Both the position numbers and the translations under genes were made by a program. A stretch of DNA of 63,456 nt, the filler included, from Craspedostauros australis (lineage: Eukaryota): the NCBI GenBank assembly GCA_030167865.1. It is 15 parts of 15 records of this genome, joined end to end, with 100 filler letters (N's around TTAATTAATTAA, not from the genome) between each part and the next. Parts side by side here need not be neighbours in the genome. Positions count along the whole stretch, not along the records: positions 11,866 to 14,410 come from JALAGF010000004.1; positions 14,511 to 23,388 come from JALAGF010000005.1; positions 23,489 to 39,943 come from JALAGF010000006.1; 12 more parts are not named here. One strand, 5' to 3'. Numbering within the stretch: position 1 is the stretch's first letter; each line of letters opens with the position of its first letter. Shown here piece by piece: positions 11,866 to 24,240 of this stretch. Below the pieces are notes generated by a model. The model had not been told where the DNA came from. It searched no databases and saw only the letters and a list, made by a program, of their open reading frames with translations.

Positions 11866-12005
11866 CCACCAACAAGCACCACCACCAACAAGCACCAACA
11901 AGCACCAACAAGCACCACCACCAACACCACCACCAACACCACCACCAACACCACCACCAACACCACCAACACCACCAACACCACCAACACCACCAACAAC
12001 AACCA
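11866..12005 (+). repeat. CAC/CAA low-complexity tandem repeat at contig start
   Basis: (caccaccaa)n-like run. Confidence 0.85.
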
Positions 12006-12011
12006 CTCCAA

Positions 12012-12817
12012 CACATGGCATCTCCGTGTCTAAGCCAAGAATCGTGGCTGCTGTGACTCCTGACCATGCACCTACAAACACCAAACACCAACGCGTGATC
12101 AACTGGGGTGAGACCAATGCGAACATCGCACTTCCAGGCATTCGTCACCACTAAGAAGGCTATGGTAGAAGAAGTGTCCTGCAGGTTGACTTTGTGTTGC
12201 CTGCTGGCACGCATTTGGATGACATTGAAGGGAAGATCATCGGTGTGGGGAGTGACTCCTTTTTGTACGTGACTGTGAAGGAGAACAAGTCCTTCCTGCA
12301 CACTGTGGTGCAGGATTGGCACTTGTTGCAACTCCACAATGCGAACAGCACAAACAAACTCTCCAACTACGAACTCCAAGGTGCTCGCGCAAAGGGGTAC
12401 GCGCTGCCCGTCAAGAGATTTGAACATGCAGATTCTACGTATTCTCGCGTGCACAGGGAGAAACTCCCTTTCCATGTTGATGGCAGCTTCAAGGAGACCA
12501 ATGACCGGGTCATCACCGGCTGCACGTTCATGTGCCCTCGCGTACTGCACAACAATCAACGGACCTTTTCAAATGTGCCGATGCTGATTGTCCGAATGGT
12601 GGAGTCCAACCCGGAGAACCCAATGCCTGTTCCGGCGACTTCCGTGGAGATGGCCGACCAAAACCTCACCATCGCCGACGAATCTCCAGACACGCCTTCG
12701 CTGCCATTCGACCGCTTGCCTCATCCCGCGTTCTCACCACGTCTTCGCCTGCACTTGGTGGCGCCTGTAAGTTTATCAGCAAAAATACATATACTGCAAA
12801 TTACGTTACTCCTGTAG
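12012..12817 (+). pseudogene. Degenerate ORF of unknown family (in-frame TAA near 12152)
   Basis: The frame of ORF 12194..12817 continues upstream past a single stop with globular-looking sequence (KHQRVINWGETNANIALPGIRHH*EGYGRRSVLQVDFVLPAG). Confidence 0.35.
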
Positions 12818-12863
12818 CCCCCACTATCTACAAATTTCACTTGTGTTCGGATCAGCAACCGCA

Positions 12864-12943
12864 ACGCCTGTAGCTCAACGGTAGAGCACCAGTAGTTCTA
12901 GCTGAGGTTCCTTGTTCGAATCCTGGCATGGTACTTTGCTTTT
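12864..12943 (+). ncRNA. tRNA-like Pol III element, copy 1 (not a canonical tRNA)
   Basis: A box TAGCTCAACGGTAGAGC with an intact D stem, B box GTTCGAATCC, TTTT at 12940-12943. Acceptor stem poorly paired; loop AGTTCTA lacks U33. Confidence 0.6.
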
Positions 12944-13409
12944 GCTGTCCCCTTGTGATTTTTGCGATAGTGCTCTTTCACCAATGGGCCTCCTCATTCT
13001 TGCAAACCTGATAACAACTTCATGCTCTGCACTTCATGCTCTGCTGTGTTGCAACACATGTTGCCTCAGCATCAATTCACATCATTGCATCCCCATCTGC
13101 TCACAATTCAGACTTCAACAGATCTAAATTGGGCCAGCTTTCTTCAGGAACATCTATTACCCACTCAGAGCACAATAACAGCATTCACACAGCTTCACTC
13201 TACTTCACTGATGGATATGATCACTCCCAATTTTGAGGCAATTTCCCATTTTCGTCTGTGTTCAATCAAAATCTCTGTGACCAGAGGCGGACAATGCCAT
13301 CTTGGGATTTCTTCTTGGTATCATCACAAATCCATATAGTGTTAATTACATTTCTCCCGTAGCCCCCACTATCTGCAAATTCCACATGTGTCCGTTTTCA
13401 ACAACTGCA

Positions 13410-13489
13410 ACGCCCGCAGCTCAATGGTAGAGCACCAATAATTCTAGCTGAGGTTCCGGGTTCGAATCCCAGCATGAGACTTTGCTTTT
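13410..13489 (+). ncRNA. tRNA-like Pol III element, copy 2
   Basis: CAGCTCAATGGTAGAGC ... CCGGGTTCGAATCCCAG ... CTTTGCTTTT; paralogous to copy 1, including about 65 nt upstream. Confidence 0.6.
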
Positions 13490-14329
13490 GCACTGACCAT
13501 GAGATTTTACGAAAGTTCTATTTCAAATTAACAGTCGCAGCTTGTTCTACTTCGCCATCTTAGACAGAACAGTGCTGCCTCTGTCCTCCTTGCTGTTGTC
13601 CTCATCCATCTCCAGTGCAAAGCTTGTTCCTGCCACCACTGGGAGCAGGAAAAATGTAAACAAATGTCAGGATGTAGGGATAATATCGGAATATCCTATT
13701 TTCCCTCATTTCCCAGGATTTCAAACGATTTCCTCTGCGGTTGTCACTGATCATTTGCTGCGACAAATGATACCATTCACCAAGTTTTGATTAGAAATGA
13801 CATAGGATACCAACATAGTTGTTTCCATCTGCACTGACTCCCATGTCATTGGAATAGTCAGCTGATACTGCAATCGCAATTTTGACGCAAGTTTCACTTG
13901 TTGATTTTGATGGGCTGGTACTCCCCATGACAAACATGTTTCAATGGATTTAAGTGTGGTGCAGTTGAGATGTTGTGGTGTCTTGGGTTGGTTGCTATAT
14001 CATTGATGTCTTCCTATTTTCGTTTCGTCTCTTCCGCTTTTTCGTTTTTGTAATTGTGGGGGTTGTCTGCTGTTTGTTTCTGTTGTCCGTTGCTTATGTA
14101 TGCTGGCTCTGTTGCTTGTGATGATCACTCTCTTCATTGTTGGTGGCTGCATTGCTTTCTTCGCTTCTGCTGTTTTCCAAGTTGTCATCGCCAGTGTTTG
14201 ATTCTGCTGCATCTGGCAGTGGGGGCACATTGGCCTCAGTCTCGAATCCTGTGATGGTGCTGCGTGGTGTGTTGGCTGCTGCATCTGGCAGTAGGGGTGC
14301 AATGGCCACAGTCTCAAATCCTGTGGTGG

Positions 14330-14410
14330 TGCTGGCTGCTGGTGCTGGCTGCTGGTGCTGGCTGCTGGTGCTGGCTGCTGGTGCTGGCTGCTGGTGCTGG
14401 CTGCTGGTGC
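14330..14410. repeat. (GCTGGTGCTGGCT)n low-complexity repeat at contig end
   Basis: Tandem 13-mer-like units. Confidence 0.8.
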
Positions 14411-16452
14411 NNNNNNNNNNNNNNNNNNNNNNNNNNNNNNNNNNNNNNNNNNNNTTAATTAATTAANNNNNNNNNNNNNNNNNNNNNNNNNNNNNNNNNN
14501 NNNNNNNNNNTGATCGGCAGCCCAGACGAAGCATCGGCCTCAGCAAGCCTGCCGCCACTGCGCAATCCTCATCATTTCTTCGCACCCAACCGCCCCGTGC
14601 GAAATGCGAGAGCGCCGATGATGGACACGACTGGACAGCGAGCCAAAGCACGACTGGCGATTCCGAACCCCATGTGCCCGTCTACGTCCGCATGCTCAAC
14701 GTTTCTAGTCGTAGACTAATGCGAAAAATATAAACTTTTTAACTACAAGGCCCAGGATCTTGTAACTTCACTCATATACTCTATGCAACATAATAGGATG
14801 ATCTAAGTGCTTACTTTAAAAATCCGCAAAAACGTACGTTTCTATCCTGAATGGGGTCCTACTGTATCATCGAGAGAGAGAGAGGTTGTTACTATGGTCG
14901 ATCTATTTGGGATTGCTTATGCTCTCCTATTCTATTCCGAAGTATTATACCAGCTACTCCACTCTGCTATCTTCGTGCTGTCGACATGCTGATCCCTGTC
15001 TTGCTCTGGAGTGCTTCCATGGCGAGTATTGCGCAATACCATGTTACTATGCTATATTCTCCAACATAGAATAGCTAACTTTACCTACCATGCTCATCAG
15101 ATCTTGGACGTCTCATGACTGGTCGTATGTGAGGACCTCCGCGAGATGCTGAAGGGCTCGGGTCTAATAGTCATAGTGGCGATCGTCATCGCGATAGTGG
15201 TGGTGGTGGGTGTCGTTGCAGAGAGGACACCTACATACTGGTGCTCTCGAAGATGACGCACGCCACAACACCCCTCTTGTGATGGTAGATTCTAACTTTG
15301 ACGCATCCCCTACGCCAACGCTGCACAGCTTCTGCAAGAAGAATTCTAAGGCTCGTCTGACAAGGACCCTCCGAGATGCGGGATCGTGACATGTCTCGTT
15401 TGGGCGACCACGCTTTCGGCGTTTCGTCGACTCGCAATGCAGATTGCAAAGTTCGGGACGTGATCGCTTCCAGATGGAGTGACGCATGGGATGACGGATG
15501 CGCATTATGCAAAACGTGACGTGTTCGAGGCAATGTCTCAGGTGCAACGTGTTTGGTCATTGCAAAAAGTGCTTTGTTAAATGATTTAGTCCGGCCGATC
15601 TTGTTGTCGCTGACAGGTCAAGGTACAGTCGTACACTTCGAGTGTCGCTACGACATCATACCATTATATCCAATCCGACACGCGTCATCCTCGGATGCTG
15701 AGGTGGCCACAAACCACGTCCACAAAATCCAGATTCAACGTTGTTCCATGATTTCCACAGTTCCCACGATTTCGCTGCGTGTTATCTGTTGGCGTTTCGC
15801 CCAGGAGCCGGCAGCGTTGTGATGAACGGCAAAACCGAGCAAACCACACGTTGTTTAGCACCGTATTGGGATGCTGGTGCTTGTAACACGCACAGACAGG
15901 GGTGGCGAGAACAAGAAGGACACGGAAATCACAACAAAGACAACGTGACAATAGCAACCATAGAAGCACACCACGAAGAGCACCATCCAGCGACATCACT
16001 GCCACAACCACAATCATAACCAATAGCGTCTGACAGTTGAGAGAAACGACTCTGCATCCTCGCCACGACACCACCGACAAGGTCCTTTTGTTCTTTTGTC
16101 AATCGATCGATCCGGGCAGCCCTCGCATTCGTCACCCTCGGAAGCCGCTCTCTCACGAATACGATCGACGTGTCCAACACTCCTCTGTCATCCGACTTGT
16201 TTGCCCTTCATAAACAAGAGACCATAGCAGACCACAGCAGATCATAGGTAGCATTCATCTTGGGACCATCCCTTCGACAACGTCAACAGTAGCAGCAACA
16301 GTAGCAGCAACAGTGTAACAGTAACAAGGAAGGTCGAGGTTCAGACTCGTAAGCACACTCCAGCCCACCTTGTCACAAATTCCGCACGCCACCATCACCA
16401 TAGCCTAACACAGACAGCAACAGACAGCAACAACAGCAGCAACATATACACA

Positions 16453-17526
16453 ATGACAGACCCATTCGCAGCAACGGAAGCCGCCATGAGGCAGCAGTTC
16501 GGAAACGAGACCTTGGGCAGAGACGGGGAGTTCGTGAAGGACGACGACTCCACAGGCTCCACGGGCACCGACAGCTCCGGCGACTGGACCTACTACAGCA
16601 GCTCCGACGACGATGACGACATCGACGCCACCTCCAACTTCTCCGGCTGGGACGAGAAGAACATGCCCATCGAGCTGGTGGAGACCGACGTGCACCTCAT
16701 GCTGTCGGAGTCCCTGGTGCACAACTCCTCGCCGGCCATCGCCGCCATGCACACGCGCCTCATGAAGAAGTCCCTCACCAAGCAGGTGGACCGCTCGGAG
16801 GCCCTCATGAGCAGCTCCGCGCCCCACCTCACGGCCGGCATGCCCAAGTCCCTCATGGAGCGCATCAGCAAGGCCGACTCCATCGTCGGCAAGTCCATCG
16901 AGGTCTACGAGGGCACCAGCGTGGAGAAGGGACCGCCCGGCCTGCCGCGCTCCATGATCCCGCAGCCGCCCAAGAAGCCCATGGCGCCGGAGATCTCGCC
17001 GCAGGAGCACTTCGAGACCATCATCCAGAACGAGAGCGTGCCCTCCAAGATCGCCGCCCTCACGCTCGACGGCTTCTTCGTCCCCATGACCAAGGCCAAC
17101 GTGCGCGCCTACTCCATGGACAAGCTGGCCGCCATCCGCACCTCCAACGTCAGCGCCCTCGAGGAGATGTGGCAGCGCGGCGAGGTCCTGCAGGTCTGCA
17201 ACAAGTTCGGCGAGTCCATCGTCCACACCTGCTGCCGCCGCGGCGAGATCGACTGCCTGCGCTTCCTGGCCGAGCACGCCATGGTCTCCGTCAAGGTCAT
17301 CGACGACTACGGCCGCACGCCCTTCCACGACGCGTGCTGGACCAACAAGCCCATCTTCGACCTCGTCGACATCCTCATGAACGAGTGCCCCGGCCTGCTC
17401 CTGATAGCGGACAAGCGCGGTTGCACGCCGCTGGAGTACGTCCGCAAGGAGCACTGGGGCGTCTGGTGCGAGTACCTCGACAAGAACAAGGCGCGCTTCT
17501 CGCGTCACGCGCTGTTCTCCAGGTAG
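16453..17526 (+). CDS. Ankyrin-repeat protein
   Basis: CNKFGESIVHTCCRRG, DDYGRTPFHDACW and ADKRGCTPLEY ankyrin-type repeats; strong GC3 codon bias. Confidence 0.85.
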   Translation: MTDPFAATEAAMRQQFGNETLGRDGEFVKDDDSTGSTGTDSSGDWTYYSSSDDDDDIDATSNFSGWDEKNMPIELVETDVHLMLSESLVHNSSPAIAAMHTRLMKKSLTKQVDRSEALMSSSAPHLTAGMPKSLMERISKADSIVGKSIEVYEGTSVEKGPPGLPRSMIPQPPKKPMAPEISPQEHFETIIQNESVPSKIAALTLDGFFVPMTKANVRAYSMDKLAAIRTSNVSALEEMWQRGEVLQVCNKFGESIVHTCCRRGEIDCLRFLAEHAMVSVKVIDDYGRTPFHDACWTNKPIFDLVDILMNECPGLLLIADKRGCTPLEYVRKEHWGVWCEYLDKNKARFSRHALFSR

Positions 17527-20351
17527 GTAGAACGGCGCGGTCAAGGGGCACGTCGCAGGCGCGACGCATATGCATCAATGCACGGCCGATGCCTGACAAC
17601 ACCAGGCTCCGCCGTGTGCGGGGATCAAACAACAACACACCGACGCGTCCACCGGTCGGTCCAATGCACGTCACCGGTTGCTCCCGACTATGTGACGTGA
17701 ATTTGGCCACCTTGCCTTCTTTCGAATCACGAACCTCCTGTGCTGGGCACGAGTGAGTTGAGCCGGGATGAGAAGGAACGGGCTCTTTTCTGTCCTTTCC
17801 GTTCCGGACTCGCTCCAGTGAAGTGAAGTGAAGTGAAATGAAGTGAAGTGGAGGGACTGCCTAACAACGATCGTTGGCACGATCGGACTCTCTCATTATC
17901 AACGCGCTGTGCGAGAACATCATCATCACCGATTGATGCTCTTTTGCCGTGTCTGACTGATCGATGAAGCAGCGATGGATCCACTTCTCAGTGGCTCCGC
18001 GCTTCTTTGCTCGATCATGAATCACACCAACACAGGGCACAGCGCGCATACATAGAGAGTGACGAGTTCGACATGCCAACCGAGCAGGGCCACGTCGGGA
18101 CAAAACAGTGCTGGAAGCACTTGGGTTGCGGACTTTTTGCCTGCGCCGTCCCAGAGCGCACCCAAAGGGGAACAAATAGTCCAGGACAAAAAATGCACTT
18201 CAACGCCATTACTCTGAATGGCATCACATCACGAAGATCCGCAGCCAACGACTCAACACTTGAGTCTGCACGTCGCGAACAGGAGAAAGGATCTTGACAG
18301 AGTTGGTGTCTTCTGGTATGCTGGTGCGGTTGCGCACAAGCGGTGTATCGCATGAACCAATACAATAATGAGGCGACACACCAGCGGCAACATCATCAAC
18401 AATATCATCAACAACACCAATGGAAGTATAAGACTGGTTACATCAACAACAACAACAATCTTGCATCATAGGACAGAGGAACAAGCGTACTTTCAAAGTC
18501 AAACGATCCCTGCCATCCCTGCCGGTTTCCACCCACGTGTCTCTGCGGCGACGACGACGACCCGCCAAGCAAGATGATGATGAGCGTATGATCTCCAATT
18601 TGATGTGTTGCGCTTCTGCCTTCCGCTTTCGTTTGCGCGACCCAACTATCTCGGTATTGGAATGCGATGCTGATGTCTCTTGGGCGGAACGGTCACGACC
18701 TGCCGACGTGGCTGTGCCAATGACTTCCACATCTGCGTACCCTGTACTATACTCTTGTGTCGAGTATCGCAGAGTAACACAGGCCAACTGCACTTTAAAA
18801 ACGGGAGAGCAGTCGAGCAGCCCAAGGCACAACATCGGCCATTGTGATTGTTGTCCAACAAGTATGCAAATGGAAGTATGGGGCAAGACCAACCTTCTCC
18901 GTCCATCGATGACGCAGCACCATACACTGGAATGCAGAGGCCTCACCATCTTGTCCTCGGGTCTTGGAGATTAAGTGCGCCGCCATAGATGTGATGAAGC
19001 GGGGATGTTGTCGGCAACCGGACACGAGTGCCCCAAAGGCATCGATGGTCATTCCGCATCGCATCATCATGGCCAGTGCACACCTGTTCGCTCCCGCTGC
19101 GCTTTTGTCCTGCGTCCACTTTGTTTGGCGCCGTTTTTCGTTCCTCGATCAGTCGTGGATGCCGTTTCGGATTGTCTCGGCGACGAGAAACTGAATTCTG
19201 ATCGTGATTCCAAGACGCCACCCGGATCGCATCGTGTTGAACAACATCTCACCACGGCTTCCTTTGTCGGATATTCACTCCATGTAGTCAAAAACGTGTT
19301 CATAGTTTCGACTGAGTTAGCTCCTTGTTTCGCACACAACATCTCCGACGAAAGGATCGCCATCCGTTGTTTTCGTGTGGCTTGTGTCGCAGAAAATGAC
19401 GTGTGGGAGCTTATTCTTGGTTGCTAAGTGTAGCAGAGAAGTTGAATACCAGTGGGACTTTGCGAGCTAAGAAGATGGGCGCCTGCATACGATAGCACAG
19501 GACAAAAAAGGGGTTCGTTTTTGCGACCAGCGCCGCTGCGACATCACATAAACGGACAGCGCTGGAGAATCAGAGAAGCCCGCAGATCGAAACGCACAGA
19601 AACAGCACGGATGATAAAAGGGCAATGTCGCGAATTCACGTGTGGAGCGAAAGAGTTTGCGTGTCCGCGCTTCCGTGCTGCGTGTGGAGATAACTTTTGA
19701 CGAACGCAGAGAAAGGATGATGACGAGAAACGCAGACCAATGACGAGAGGTGCGCACAGAACCGCACGATTTCGAGCGGCGCATCGCAGTGCGTTGCTGT
19801 CACGGGCGCGAACACGAGTACGAGTACGAGTGTCATGTTGCTCCCACAATCGAATTAGCGCGTGCCTACGAGTATGTACGATGCATATTCGTACATGGTA
19901 GTGCATACTTGGACATACCACGCACACTTTGCTTGCTCCACTCCGCCCTTGAACTTCCTCGTTCATAATCTTGATCGGCACCACATCCTTCTCTCTCTCT
20001 CTGTTTGTTTGTATCGAACGTCACCTCAGAACACTCATCGGTGCACCAGAGCCTTGTTTCATTGAACAACAACACACGAAGTTTCCACTGACAAGAAAAT
20101 TGGTGCTCGCGCTGTGCAACTCCCAGTACACTCTCCGACTCCTTCTCTTGCCATCCGATCTCCTCGTCAGCACTTACCAGCTGGCGACACTCGCATGGGC
20201 CCTCCCTGCGCTCCTCTCATACTCGTGCGTGCCATACATGCTATTCGACAACGACAACGACAATCGCAACAACAACAACCAACGTCAAGAGAGACAAAGG
20301 GACATACACATACGTGACCCAACCCCAACGACCGCCACAACGAGCTTGATC

Positions 20352-21485
20352 ATGGAAGCCAACGATCCGATGGTTCAAGATGACATGGAGGACGACGTCC
20401 AGCCGTGTCCACAATCACAGCAACAGCAGCAGCGACAACAACCACCGCAATGGCACTCGAGCCATGGATCCAGCCAGAGCAGATGCGCGTCGTTCAACAA
20501 CCAGGGTGTGCACTACCTCGTATCGGGCAGTTTCATGGAGGCCATCCATTGCTTCCGAAGCAGCCTCGAGGAGATCCAAAAAACGGTGCATGTGACAGCT
20601 CAGGACGCTGACGACAGTGCCAATGCGAGCACGAGCACTGCCCCCGCACCATCGTCTCCGACAGCTCCTCACTCGCCTTGCAAGCAATCCTGCTGCGATG
20701 CTGCGCCGCAACAGCATCAGCACAGTTCAGCTGACGCCGCCATGATGGTATCGCCATCGTTGGCATCACCGTTGGCATCACCGAGGAGGAATCTGTCTGA
20801 TCCAACAAGAGCGAATGCTGAGACCGATGCGCTATCCACGTTGAGCGAGCTCTTCAACTGCATTCGAGGCGACGAGGAGCAGCAGCATTGCCAGCATCAG
20901 CATCAGCATCAAAGTCCACATCACGGAAAACATCCCAACAGCGAACGACTCAATCTCCAACAGCTGCGCATGAAGTTCAACGATCCAAACGCGAGCATCT
21001 TCCACGCCCAACCAATCCGCATGATCACGAGCGACACCAACCTCATGTCGACGTTGGTTGCGCGTGAGAAGCCACTGCGGCTGGCCATCGCCATCTACAA
21101 CCTCGCCCTCGTCCATCACACCATGTGTCTGCTGTGCAGGCATGCGCAGGATGTGCTGGCCCTCATGAACCGCACGCGCGATCTCTACGATCAGATCTTC
21201 CGCATCGTCGACGAGCTCACCGTGCCGCACGAGAGCTGCTTCGTGTTCGAATGGATCCAAGTATGCACATGGAACAACCTCACGCATCTCGGTCAGATAC
21301 GGAAACGGCTCGGCGGGCGGGCCCAGGCCGTGTCTATCCAGTTCCTTCAGCTCGTGCTGCGTCTGCATTGTCGGCAGTACGACGATGACCGGCAGGCCGA
21401 GTACGTTCGTGAGCAGACGAACACGTTCTTGCTCAATGTCTTTCTTCAGGACATTGTCGAACCGACAACGGCCGTCGCAGCATGA
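20352..21485 (+). CDS. Hypothetical protein with TPR-like helices and polyQ
   Basis: FNNQGVHYL...AIHCFRSSL and AIAIYNLALVHH helices, a pattern common in diatom hypotheticals. Start placed at MEANDP, although the ORF is open from 19971. Confidence 0.7.
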   Translation: MEANDPMVQDDMEDDVQPCPQSQQQQQRQQPPQWHSSHGSSQSRCASFNNQGVHYLVSGSFMEAIHCFRSSLEEIQKTVHVTAQDADDSANASTSTAPAPSSPTAPHSPCKQSCCDAAPQQHQHSSADAAMMVSPSLASPLASPRRNLSDPTRANAETDALSTLSELFNCIRGDEEQQHCQHQHQHQSPHHGKHPNSERLNLQQLRMKFNDPNASIFHAQPIRMITSDTNLMSTLVAREKPLRLAIAIYNLALVHHTMCLLCRHAQDVLALMNRTRDLYDQIFRIVDELTVPHESCFVFEWIQVCTWNNLTHLGQIRKRLGGRAQAVSIQFLQLVLRLHCRQYDDDRQAEYVREQTNTFLLNVFLQDIVEPTTAVAA

Positions 21486-23639
21486 CCTGTTTCTGTCCAG
21501 GTAGAAGGGTTCAAGATAGAGTAACAATTCAATCTAGAGAGAGAGAGCGGTAGAGTGCTCCACTCCAAGGGTTCTATGGATGGAGAGCTGTTGTGTGGAT
21601 TGATTCTTGCGTTCTTGGTGGAGAGCGCGAAGATTCCAGACTTGCAATCATCTGTCTCCTCGTGTTTAGCAAATCGGACAAAAGGATGGTAGCGTATTTC
21701 ATCGGTGGAACAATGATCATCATGCATGTTCGGCCACAGAACATGAAGAAGAGACCAGAGTCTCTCATTGTCTTGGTGCGTGCAAAGCTGTCTTCACACG
21801 ACAACGACGAGCACAAGGATCCACGAGGAATGGGTACAGCACGAGCGCATTGCCTTCACACGCGGTAGAGTAGGTGGACAGAATGCCGTACCGAACGAGC
21901 AGCGTCCGACAGAGTGGTATCGCGCAATGAACACCTCTCACACCCAGGAAGATTGGAGGAAAAGATCTGTAGGTCGCAGAGTATCGGGCTCTGATGTTCA
22001 ACCATGGCATATGATCTGCTCGTGCTATCGGCACACTCCACGTACTTGCATGAGATGTCAGGCATGAACGCGGCTGTCATACTGGTCCAGAAGAGTTGAC
22101 ACTGCGATCACTTGCGCTTGGACTCTAATCTCGATAGATTGCGTACGATGAGAATGGACGGTACCATACTGGTCGATCGTCTGTCACCAGGACAGGACAG
22201 TTCAAGCGCGGAGCCTGGCAGGGGTGTCCAGCAACGTTCTGCGTGGGCGCCCCTGGGAGATGAACTGAGTGTCTTCGCGCTTCCAGAACAAACCCAAGGA
22301 ACCGCTTGCTGTTGCGAATCATGTTTGTGGGATTGCGATGCTCCTACATCCCATTCGTGATGTGGTCCAACAAACAATGCGCAGAGCATCGGTCGCAGCG
22401 TAGACCACTCTTGGGCACTCCATTGGTTCTCTGCGTGCTCCTTTTACACATTGCCTCTCGGACTTCAATCATGAAGATGCCATGAATACGTTGCGACCAT
22501 TCTACAAGGGAGAAAGTCATCATCGGCTTTCATAGCTGCACGGGGCGAATCTGTGCGAGGGGACTTTATCATCTTCTCGTTTTTCTTCTCCATCTTCGAT
22601 CTCAACGGAATGTTTGGACTGCTCTGTTTCATTTCTGTCCCTTTCTTTCCGTTCACGTGGAGGTGGATGGAGCGGTCAGGCCAACAACGGCGTTGAGGTA
22701 TAGAAGTGCCTCTGTGAGGGCAGAGGGGCGAGTTGGAGAAAGATCTGCTTTGTGAGCATTGGTCATGATCGCAGCGTACGAGCTATGTGCAGGGCTCTGC
22801 TCTCCGAAGAGTCCCAGAACTTGTTTGGAGCTGTTCGTCTGATCACTTCCCATGTTCCAACTTTCCGGAACATGATGAAGACGATGATCGGAAAATCGGT
22901 ACGAAGAGGGTAGGTTGTGCCTCAGGGAGACATCTCATCGCATAGCATTGCATCGACGCTCACAGAGACATGATAAAGGTCAAGGTAGAAAAAGAGGTAC
23001 TGGCAACCATTTCTCCCTGGAATCCACTCTTTTACTCACAAGATCAGGCGGACAGAAGAAGCTGGTTGCCGATCCGATGCAATCCAAAGCAACAAAATGG
23101 GATGGAATGGAATCAAATGTGAAGACAGGAAATTGGAAACACAAGTGCCCATGCTCTGAGTGCTCTTTTTCCATCTCTGCTCTAGGGGGGGGGGGGGGGG
23201 GGAACGGAAAATCGGGGGGTTTCCGAAGTATGGAAAATTCAATAAATTTGCGTAAACCAAACAAAGTGTGCCAAAGTTATCCGTCAATTTGCCTTGTTTT
23301 GGAAATTTAGCTTATTCTACACCCAAAGTAGAACAATGTACACAGTAGACGACACAGTGGGAAGCTACAAGGGATGCTAAAATGTCGTNNNNNNNNNNNN
23401 NNNNNNNNNNNNNNNNNNNNNNNNNNNNNNNNTTAATTAATTAANNNNNNNNNNNNNNNNNNNNNNNNNNNNNNNNNNNNNNNNNNNNTTGTTTTTATCC
23501 GGGAAATTTGTAGCCCCATGTGGCCCATTGTAGCCCCTTTGAGCCCCTTTTCGGCAAAAAAGCGGATAGGCAGTAGAGAAAGTGTCCGGACGCAAGCAAA
23601 ACGTCATTAGGGCTATTGATTGTTGTGTTTGATTGATGT

Positions 23640-24240
23640 GATGTTGTTGATTGTTGTCTCTCTAATGCTCGTCACATGGTGAACATTCCATCGCTGGACG
23701 CTGGTCGTTCAAGAGGTGGTGGGCTCGATTGTTGGCTCATCACACTGGAGGTCAGCGTGTCATGATTGATGGATGTTCGTCATGGGTGAGGTGGATTGAC
23801 GTGTTTGGTGGGCATTTTTCATTGTTGTTCTGGTGGGGTGTTGGTTGTTGATATTGTGGTAGCGTTGTCTTGATGTGCTGGTTGATCGTTGATTGTTGTC
23901 TTGCTGGTGCTCGTCATGCGGTGGATAGCCAATCGTTGGACTCGGGCTGTTCAGGGACGGTAGACGCAATTGTTGGCTCATCGTACTGAAGATAGGAGCG
24001 TTGGGATTGGTGTTTGTTTGGCGCGAGTGAGGTGGATAGACACGTTCGGTGTTGATTCTGTTGTTGTTCTTGATTGCTGTTGTGTTGATTCTGTTGATTG
24101 TTGTCTCTCTGATGCTCGTCACATGGTGGACAGTCGATCATTGGACACTGGTCGTTCAGAGACGGTAGACTCAATTGTTGGCTCATCGCACTGAAGGCTG
24201 GTGTATTTTGATCGATGGGTGTTCATCATGGGTGAGGTGG
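23640..24240. repeat. Three degenerate tandem units of about 205-240 bp
   Basis: The block gctcgtca...cgttca...ctcaattgttggctcatc.cactg recurs near 23667, 23909 and 24114. Confidence 0.7.

Noticed and set aside
12864..12933. Functional tRNA-Glu or amber suppressor (CTA in the loop)
   Set aside because: The acceptor stem does not pair, U33 is missing, and a CTA register gives no anticodon stem.
14887..15066. Possible solo LTR (TGTTAC...CCAACA)
   Set aside because: Flanks (GAGGT vs TAGAA) give no target-site duplication and there is no second copy in the window.
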